DNA of 64,000 nt from an uncultured Alphaproteobacteria bacterium (GTDB taxonomy: Bacteria > Pseudomonadota > Alphaproteobacteria > RF32 > CAG-239). The DNA lies in contig CAKQRB010000052.1 in the NCBI GenBank assembly GCA_934271195.1, positions 4,352 to 68,351 of the forward strand. The letters run 5' to 3'. Below the pieces are notes generated by a model, which was not told the DNA's origin, did no database searches, and worked only from the letters and a program-made list of their open reading frames with translations. Each line of letters begins with the position of its first letter. Position 1 is the stretch's first letter. The position numbers were made by a program, and so were the translations under genes. This document shows, one piece after another, positions 57,709 to 64,000 of this stretch.

Positions 57709-58593
57709 ATGAAAATACCGTCAGGCAGCAAAGTGGGCATTGTATCTCCGTCCAAACCCGTACCTGAGAAAGCCGTAACCCACGGACTGGAATATTTGTG
57801 CGGTCTCGGCTACATACCGATAACAGGCAAACATGCTTTTGATACTTACCGCTATATGGCCGGCACGCCGCAAGACCGTGCCGAAGACCTGATGTCCTTT
57901 TACCGCGATCCGGAAATCAAGGCCATTTTCAGCACTGCCGGCGGCGACGGTTCACAAATGATTGCCCCGTTTCTGGATTATAGCATTATCGCACAAAATC
58001 CCAAACCGCTCATCGGCTTCAGCGACACAACCGCCATACAAAATGCAATCATCGCCCAAACCGGCACACCGCAGCTGACCGGTTTTCTGCTGTCTTATGA
58101 TTTTACTGACGGTTCCCTGCCCGACACCAAAATCAACGCCTCGCTCACAACATTGCTGAACGGCGACAAACTCAAAGTATCCGGCGGACAATGTGTCACG
58201 CGCGGACAAGCGGAGGGCATACTGGTCGGCGGCTGCCTCAGCCTGTTCAAAAGCCTTTGCGGCACGCCTTACTTTCCGTCTTTAAAAAATGCCGTCCTGC
58301 TGATTGAAGACGTGGAAGAAAAAACCTACAAACTGGACTTAATGTTGGAACAACTGCGGCAATGCCCTGATTTTTCAAAAATCAGCGGCATTATCTTCGG
58401 AGATTTTTACAACTGCGAAATCCGTCAGCCGCAAGACGGCAGCACCGACGAGATGATAAACTATTTTACGCGGGAAATAAACATTCCTGTTATCCGCCAT
58501 TTTCCGTACGGGCATAAAAAAAGCCGATACGTTTTACCGCTCGGCTCTCCGATTCGTCTGAACGCAGATAACTGTACTTTAGAACAACTCTGA
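57709..58593 (+). CDS. ldcA: LD-carboxypeptidase (peptidase S66, LdcA-like)
   Basis: Start at MKIPSGSKVGIVSPS, 3 nt after the upstream stop. Peptidase S66 features (…GFSDTTAIQNAI… Ser nucleophile region). Confidence 0.75.
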   Translation: MKIPSGSKVGIVSPSKPVPEKAVTHGLEYLCGLGYIPITGKHAFDTYRYMAGTPQDRAEDLMSFYRDPEIKAIFSTAGGDGSQMIAPFLDYSIIAQNPKPLIGFSDTTAIQNAIIAQTGTPQLTGFLLSYDFTDGSLPDTKINASLTTLLNGDKLKVSGGQCVTRGQAEGILVGGCLSLFKSLCGTPYFPSLKNAVLLIEDVEEKTYKLDLMLEQLRQCPDFSKISGIIFGDFYNCEIRQPQDGSTDEMINYFTREINIPVIRHFPYGHKKSRYVLPLGSPIRLNADNCTLEQL

Positions 58594-59262
58594 GAAAAAG
58601 CGTTTTGCCCAAATCCAGTTCTGATTATTCAAATAATTAATCAGACGCATATAATCGTAAATACCGCTCCAGCTCCGGCTGTTAAAAGCCAGCATTGAAC
58701 CAATGGCCCATAAATTCGCCGACGGCAGAAACAAAAAACAAAACTTATAAGACACTTTAATCAGGTCTGTCTGTTTTTCATGAATCTGTGATCCGACGGC
58801 GTCAAGGTGTTGGGCAATAAAAAAGCCCAAAATTCCGTTCAAAATAAAATTAGACGGCGCAAAATGCGTATAAATTGAAATTCCGAACATTACAAACAAT
58901 GCTACTAGCGGAAAGAAATACGGCGCAATGATAATCAGCCAGTTTCCTCTTCCGGCAAAAGCCATCTCGCCGCCGGTATCATCTGGATTAACACGGATAC
59001 TCTTAACCTTGTGCAGCGTCAGCAATGCAAAAAAACCATGTGCCAGCTCATGCGTTGCCACCTCAAATGTCTGGTTGATTTCTTTGTCCATCATGGAGCG
59101 GCAGATAAAAAAGAAGATAAAACCGGCAATCAACCATACATAATGCAGCTCAAAAAAACGAAAATACCCGAAAGACTGGATAAACGCCGGCAGACTTAAA
59201 AACATAAATATCCCCACCGGCCATTTGAACAAATCAATTAATCTGTCGACTAAAATACGCAT
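58579..59262 (-). CDS. Membrane protein with a HELAH motif (M50B-like putative zinc metalloprotease)
   Basis: 227 aa, multi-TM, with ATHELAHG in a TM context. Confidence 0.45.
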   Translation of the reverse strand: MRILVDRLIDLFKWPVGIFMFLSLPAFIQSFGYFRFFELHYVWLIAGFIFFFICRSMMDKEINQTFEVATHELAHGFFALLTLHKVKSIRVNPDDTGGEMAFAGRGNWLIIIAPYFFPLVALFVMFGISIYTHFAPSNFILNGILGFFIAQHLDAVGSQIHEKQTDLIKVSYKFCFLFLPSANLWAIGSMLAFNSRSWSGIYDYMRLINYLNNQNWIWAKRFFSELF

Positions 59263-59458
59263 ATAAAAAACCTCCGTATTTTTGCACTATACATAAAAAA
59301 AAACCTATTTTCATCATAAATTTGCGATATCAACACCTATCCCTTTCCGCCGCGCTCTTGCGCCAAAAGATAAACAGGATAATAAAAACTATTGTCTTTC
59401 CAAAGTTTTCAGGCTATTATAATAAGAAAGATATGGATAATAAATAAGGAACAGTCCA

Positions 59459-59767
59459 ATGGATAAGGAAAATAGCGAAGAATACCGGACTTTTGACTTC
59501 CTGATTAATGATGAAGACGAAGTCATGCTGCTGTTGTATGAACAGGAAAGCGAACCTAAAAACGCAGCAATCGAATTAAACGAAGAAAAAAAATCTGCCG
59601 TTCTTTATCGTAATGAAAATGATGAAATCATGCTGACTGATATTCCTGAAAACGTTTTTGACAGCCTGCAGGATGCTGACAAACTTATGGTCTGTGAGTT
59701 GAGCGTGGAAGAAAAAGAAGAAGACACAAAAATAGTCTATGCTTACGAAGCCGAAATCAGCGATTAA
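59459..59767 (+). CDS. Small acidic hypothetical protein
   Basis: 102 aa, very Asp/Glu-rich. Own terminator downstream. Confidence 0.45.
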   Translation: MDKENSEEYRTFDFLINDEDEVMLLLYEQESEPKNAAIELNEEKKSAVLYRNENDEIMLTDIPENVFDSLQDADKLMVCELSVEEKEEDTKIVYAYEAEISD

Positions 59768-59781
59768 AAAGCAGTTTTTTT

Positions 59782-59812
59782 ACACGCTCCGCAATTTGCG
59801 GAGTGTTTTTTA
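59782..59812 (+). terminator. Rho-independent terminator
   Basis: CTCCGC-aattt-GCGGAG followed by TTTTTT. Confidence 0.6.
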
Positions 59813-59902
59813 TCAGACAATACCGAAAATTATCAAATATTGCCAAACGGCTGCAACAAATCAATAAGCACATTTTCCGCTGTTTGTCAGACAACAACCG
59901 CA

Positions 59903-61195
59903 TTAATGCTGGGAGGTAAAAATAACCTGCTTACTGCTGCGGCGAGAAAGCAACCTCTGAATATAGCGTCCTTGATAAAGATTAATCCCTAGCGAATTAC
60001 CGACCTCAACCGCCTGTGGTTCATCTACCCGACACAAAATCATTTTAGCCCGTTCAGCCTTGTTCACATAATCCATAAAATGTTTGTCTTCATGAATCAC
60101 ATCCATAAAAGTAGGATGCCAGATAATCTTAATCAAATCGGCATCAAGCTGCTCACGGTTCAAATACTTCAGCTTATCAACCGTAATACCATCAATACAA
60201 ATTTTATACCCGCGTGACTGGGCAAAAGTCTTGGCCAGAATAAAAGCCTTGATATCACTGAAAATATCCAATAGCTGCAACTCCAATACAATCGTCGACC
60301 GCATGGAGGCGTTAATATCCTCGTCAAACTCCAAAAACTCATCCGACAAAACTGTTGAAACATTCAGGTTAAGGCTAAAATTGCTAGTCAGAGAGCCATC
60401 GTCATGATTACTGATACTGGCCAGCACACGCTTGTCAAGCGTTTCGGTCAGATATTGAAACAACCATGGATTGGCCGTCAAATCCACGTCTGGCAAAAGC
60501 GTATCCCGCAAATCGGCAATTGAAACATAAACTTCCTCAAACAGCATTTGCGGCTCTGACTTTCCGATAATGGCACAAATGGCCTGCCGCCGAATAAGGC
60601 TGGAAAAATCCGCCATTGACAATGTTTTGGTCAGTTTACCGAGCATATAAGGCGTCAATTCGTTTTTTGAGCGAGTTGTCACCTTAGAAAAGGTCCACAA
60701 TTTGCCCTCGCCGCCGCCAGAAACCATAACCGGTTCTTTCTTTCCTGCAGCCTGTTTGCTCGCTTCGCTGGTTATCAGACGCTGAAACTCCGACATATCG
60801 GTGCGCAAGGAAAAAAACTTCAAAAAGCCAGCGGTCTCTAGATCAAAATTATCCTTTATCAGCCTGTCATCATGCAGAATAAAACGGATTTTAATAATAC
60901 ATGCCTGAATTTCTTCTTTTGCCTTTGCTCGATATATCACCACCAAATCATCATTGGGCAGAGAAAAAATCTCACCGTTGTTTTTACGGTTCAAATTATC
61001 AAAAGTATCAAGCAGCCCTTGCTTCTGAACTGTTTTAAGACTAGGGTTTTCCAGCTGGTTGATTTTAATGTAAAGAGCATTATAGTCATTAATGTCTTTT
61101 TCAATATTTTTCAGATAATCCAAAACAACCGCATCTTTTTTCAAGGTTGTTTTTTCTGCCGAAACAGGATTGGTGTTTTTTGAAAAATTAAACAT
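59903..61195 (-). CDS. Degenerate GGDEF-EAL tandem-domain protein (c-di-GMP-receptor-like), paralog 1
   Basis: 430 aa. The C-terminal half matches the EAL landmarks (NLSL…N, …ICIDGIT…, LDADLIKIIWHPTF, …MILCRVDEPQAVEVGNSLGINLYQGRYI) but lacks the catalytic EAL Glu (…LTANPW…). The N-terminal half has a GGDEF-like remnant (…NDDLVVIY…). Confidence 0.5.
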   Translation of the reverse strand: MFNFSKNTNPVSAEKTTLKKDAVVLDYLKNIEKDINDYNALYIKINQLENPSLKTVQKQGLLDTFDNLNRKNNGEIFSLPNDDLVVIYRAKAKEEIQACIIKIRFILHDDRLIKDNFDLETAGFLKFFSLRTDMSEFQRLITSEASKQAAGKKEPVMVSGGGEGKLWTFSKVTTRSKNELTPYMLGKLTKTLSMADFSSLIRRQAICAIIGKSEPQMLFEEVYVSIADLRDTLLPDVDLTANPWLFQYLTETLDKRVLASISNHDDGSLTSNFSLNLNVSTVLSDEFLEFDEDINASMRSTIVLELQLLDIFSDIKAFILAKTFAQSRGYKICIDGITVDKLKYLNREQLDADLIKIIWHPTFMDVIHEDKHFMDYVNKAERAKMILCRVDEPQAVEVGNSLGINLYQGRYIQRLLSRRSSKQVIFTSQH

Positions 61196-61198
61196 CAG

Positions 61199-62515
61199 CT
61201 ACCCTTCCAACAACTTTTCCAAAATCTCTTTCTGCGTACATTCGTCTCGAAAAGCGCCCCACAACAAACGGCGGCGTTTCAGACAAGTTTTGGCGGAACA
61301 ATATTTTGCATCGGGACATTGCTGCTGGACACAAGCCGCTTCCAGCCGATCAATCAACGGTCCCTGAAAGGTATGAAGCCCGTATTTCATACCCCAAACC
61401 AGCGCCTTATCACTGTCACATTTGGCCAAAACCACATTATCCGCCCCTAAAAACTCAACAATTTCCTTAATTCCTTCGTTTGCTACATCATATTCCATCA
61501 GCGGCTCCCAAAAAAGCTTAATCATATCCGGCTCCAGCCGCTTGAGATTCAACATATTCAACAGCGTTGGACTCATATTGTCAATCAACAGACGATGCCC
61601 GCCGGCTTTCAAAATCTCTTTCACCTTAAAATAAACCGGCAAATTGTTAAACACATCCATAAGCTGGACTTCTACAATCAGCTTTTGTCCGGGCTGTAAA
61701 AAATTTTTAGCCAACGTCACAAATTCCACAGAAAAGACAGAAGACAGATTCAAATTAAGACTGATTTGATTCGGCCAGTTCTTAATGTCTGAAGCAAAAA
61801 AAGAACTCATTGTTTTTTTATCAAGTTTTTGTGTCAGATACAAAAACAGCCAGCGGCTGGCCAGCAAATCCAACTTTCCGTCCAAATAAGAACTCAAATC
61901 CTTGACAGCAACAAAAAACTCCTGAAACTCGACCTTAAACTTCCCCGGTCCGCAAAGCTTCATCACGCTCTGGCGCTTAATGATTTCAGGAATATCAATC
62001 ATATCAAGCTGTTCCATCACCATATCGATTTCATCGGCGCGGATCGGACGCTTAACTTCGGGCTGTACGGTAATATTGGCCAGATAATCAGCATTGTCAC
62101 GCATTTTTTCAATAAAAGCGCAAAAAGAAATATAATCAGCCGGAAAAGAATAAAGAACCGCAAAATCTTTGACGTCATGACCATGTAAAACCGGATCGGA
62201 AGACAACCCCTGCCGGATTTTAAACACGGCCTCTTCAACCATACCCGACGTAATCCCCTTACCCAGAATGGCAAAATCGCCATTACTCATTACAAAGAAA
62301 GAACCCTGCGCATTACCGACCATACTGTCAAACAACTTGGCAAAAATCTTCACAAATTCCGGATGCCTGTTTTTGGGTTTCAGCTTGGAGATATTAACAT
62401 ACAACACCGAATATCCGAAAGGATTCCGTCCTATCCGGTTCAAAGCATCCAGCAAATATGTTTCGCCCATATTATTAGCAGATTTGGCCATTACTCTCCC
62501 GACAACCCCCATCAT
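61199..62515 (-). CDS. Degenerate GGDEF-EAL tandem-domain protein, paralog 2
   Basis: 438 aa. Clearly homologous to the adjacent gene (…NLNLSSVFSVEF…, …LLIDNMSP…, LEPDMIKLFWEPLM, …VVLAKCDSDKALVWGMKYGLHTFQGPLI). Has DLLASRW where EALxRW is expected and SNGDFAIL where GGDEF is expected. Confidence 0.5.
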   Translation of the reverse strand: MMGVVGRVMAKSANNMGETYLLDALNRIGRNPFGYSVLYVNISKLKPKNRHPEFVKIFAKLFDSMVGNAQGSFFVMSNGDFAILGKGITSGMVEEAVFKIRQGLSSDPVLHGHDVKDFAVLYSFPADYISFCAFIEKMRDNADYLANITVQPEVKRPIRADEIDMVMEQLDMIDIPEIIKRQSVMKLCGPGKFKVEFQEFFVAVKDLSSYLDGKLDLLASRWLFLYLTQKLDKKTMSSFFASDIKNWPNQISLNLNLSSVFSVEFVTLAKNFLQPGQKLIVEVQLMDVFNNLPVYFKVKEILKAGGHRLLIDNMSPTLLNMLNLKRLEPDMIKLFWEPLMEYDVANEGIKEIVEFLGADNVVLAKCDSDKALVWGMKYGLHTFQGPLIDRLEAACVQQQCPDAKYCSAKTCLKRRRLLWGAFRDECTQKEILEKLLEG

Positions 62516-62583
62516 ACATAACCATCAAATCATAAACTTGCTTTAGACTGATAGCAAGAACCTTTCTGAGTTTCTTCACATGC

Positions 62584-64000
62584 TTATAGCATTTTTGCCA
62601 GTTTGTCATGAAGTTCCTGAATGCTGTATGGTTTTTTCACAAAAGCCGTATTACGGTTTTCTTCCACAATTTTATTAACCTCCCGATCCTGCGTATAACC
62701 GCTCATAAAAATCGCCTTAAGCTTCGGATTTTTCAAAAGCAGTTTCTGATAAACCTCAACGCCGCTGATTTTAGGCATCACGACATCAAGCATCACCAGA
62801 TCAAAACTCCGGTCATACAAGACCAATGCCTCTTCCGGAGCATTGCACGAAACCACGTCGCATCCCAGTCGCATCAAAATGTCTTTAAGCAGTTCATTCA
62901 AAATTTTTTCATCGTCCAAAACCAGAATACGCCCGTTAAGCTTTGCCGGCTGCACAAATTTTTCCGGCTGGCAGGCTTTAGATTTTTTAAGCGGAAAATA
63001 CACATAAAACACCGTCCCCGCAGCAGAAGTTTCCACCCTGATGGTTCCTTTGTGCTCCCGAACAATACCATAAACCGCAGCCAAGCCGAGCCCCGTTCCT
63101 TTTCCGGTTTCCTTGGTCGTAAAAAACGGTTCAAAAATATTATGCAAAATCTTCTTGTCAATCCCTCGTCCGGTATCCCCGACCGAAAGCTCCAGATACC
63201 GCCCCGCCCTGACTTTCAAAAGACATGCCGAAATTTTTTCCTCATCCAGCATCACGGCCTGTGTTGCAATCGTCAGTCTGCCGCCCGCGGGCATGGCATC
63301 TTTGGCGTTAAAACCCAAATTAAGCAAAAGGCTCTGCAGATAATTCTTATCCCCGTAAATACAATAATTGTTTTTTTTGTTTGTCACGGAAATCTCAATA
63401 TTTTTCGGCACGCCGTGCTCAAGCAGACACACTGCGTCATCTATTGTTTCCTTGATATTAATGTCTTCAAAATTCTTCTCTCTGTCACGGGCAAAAACTA
63501 AAAGCTGCGACGTCAAATAAGCCGCTCTTTTGCAGGTCCGGATAATAATGTTCACATATTTGCCGTCACTTTTCTCGTCTTTCTGCAGCCTGATAAACTC
63601 GGCCGCTCCCTGAATCCCCGCCAGCATATTATTAAAATCATGCGCCACGCCGCCTGCCAGCCGTCCGAGGGATTCCATCTTTTGCAAATGGCTCAACTGC
63701 GCCGCCTTTTTTTGAGCCTGTTTATTCCTCCACACCACCAGCACCAGCAGCATCAGTAAAAACAACATGGCGCCAAGGACATAAGGGCTGTATTTTTCCA
63801 CCAGAGCCTCCCAGTGCAGATATTCAATATTCTGCCATTGTGAACGAATCTGCCAATGCTGCTCGGCATCGATTTTTTTCATAACGGCGTTTATATCCTG
63901 AAGCAATCTCTCATTTTCCGGCATGACGGCAAATCCGAACTCATAAGCCGACCCGACCACCGGCGCCACATAGAACAAACGGTCCAGTCCCAAACGGCTC
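62584..64000 (-). CDS. Hybrid sensor histidine kinase with a C-terminal receiver domain; partial, N-terminal periplasmic solute-binding-type sensor domain runs off the window end
   Basis: HisKA H-box (GGVAHDFNNMLAGI), HATPase_c (…GTGLGLAAVYGIV…) and a REC domain (ILVLDDEKIL…DLVMLDVVMP…). The frame stays open to the window edge. The first residues (LFYVAPVVGSAYEFGFAVMPENERLLQDINAVMKKI) resemble the end of an SBP_bac_3 domain, followed by a TM helix. Confidence 0.8.
   Translation of the reverse strand, partial: SRLGLDRLFYVAPVVGSAYEFGFAVMPENERLLQDINAVMKKIDAEQHWQIRSQWQNIEYLHWEALVEKYSPYVLGAMLFLLMLLVLVVWRNKQAQKKAAQLSHLQKMESLGRLAGGVAHDFNNMLAGIQGAAEFIRLQKDEKSDGKYVNIIIRTCKRAAYLTSQLLVFARDREKNFEDINIKETIDDAVCLLEHGVPKNIEISVTNKKNNYCIYGDKNYLQSLLLNLGFNAKDAMPAGGRLTIATQAVMLDEEKISACLLKVRAGRYLELSVGDTGRGIDKKILHNIFEPFFTTKETGKGTGLGLAAVYGIVREHKGTIRVETSAAGTVFYVYFPLKKSKACQPEKFVQPAKLNGRILVLDDEKILNELLKDILMRLGCDVVSCNAPEEALVLYDRSFDLVMLDVVMPKISGVEVYQKLLLKNPKLKAIFMSGYTQDREVNKIVEENRNTAFVKKPYSIQELHDKLAKML

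Overview
This 64-kb window is a chromosomal segment that looks alphaproteobacterial. The markers are a DUF2312/GapR-like gene, the three-gene pntAA-pntAB-pntB arrangement, the plsY-dprA-topA and pyrH-frr-uppS-cdsA-rseP gene orders, and ppdK. GC content looks moderate by eye. Most of the window is housekeeping:
- Lipid and translation genes: rseP, cdsA, uppS, frr, pyrH.
- plsY-dprA-topA.
- The rod-shape operon mreB-mreC-mreD-mrdA-rodA, plus miaA and ddl.
- A compacted division/cell-wall (dcw) cluster, mraY-ftsW-murG-murB-ftsQ-ftsA-ftsZ, with the cytoplasmic Mur ligases missing from their usual slots.
- kdsB, queA and lgt.
- A fatty-acid block (acpP, fabF, mltG) followed by two extra ACP-like genes.
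- rpmJ (missed by the ORF track), ettA, ppdK, pyk, a short-chain chromate-transporter pair and pntAA/pntAB/pntB.
- A MurC/Mpl-type ligase with ldcA, a TetR regulator, two membrane HExxH proteins, degenerate GGDEF/EAL proteins and a partial hybrid histidine kinase.
I saw no tRNA, rRNA, CRISPR array, transposase or integrase.

The stand-out accessory content is a repeated cassette: a 250-350 bp strongly strand-asymmetric polypyrimidine (CT-rich) tract ending in a near-perfect sigma70 promoter (TTGACA, 17 bp, TATACT with extended TG). Two copies (about 19.0 kb and 42.2 kb) each drive a paralogous secreted, extremely cysteine-rich protein. The two proteins share a nearly identical 5'UTR, ribosome-binding site, signal peptide and roughly 170-aa N-domain, but have divergent Cys/Gly-rich C-terminal parts; paralog 1 also carries an internal 39-aa tandem duplication. 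A third, decayed copy of the cassette, with a promoter remnant and what looks like a gene-start remnant, sits at the upstream breakpoint of the truncated dcw cluster (about 28.8-29.3 kb).

Other points worth a second look:
- An 81-bp near-perfect direct repeat, two copies, between ppdK and pyk.
- Two extra ACP-like genes downstream of mltG.
- A compact single-gene unit (consensus promoter, 61-aa ORF, terminator) in an AT-rich island.
- Terminator hairpins sharing a conserved loop sequence.
- A tandem pair of doubly degenerate GGDEF-EAL proteins next to a hybrid histidine kinase.
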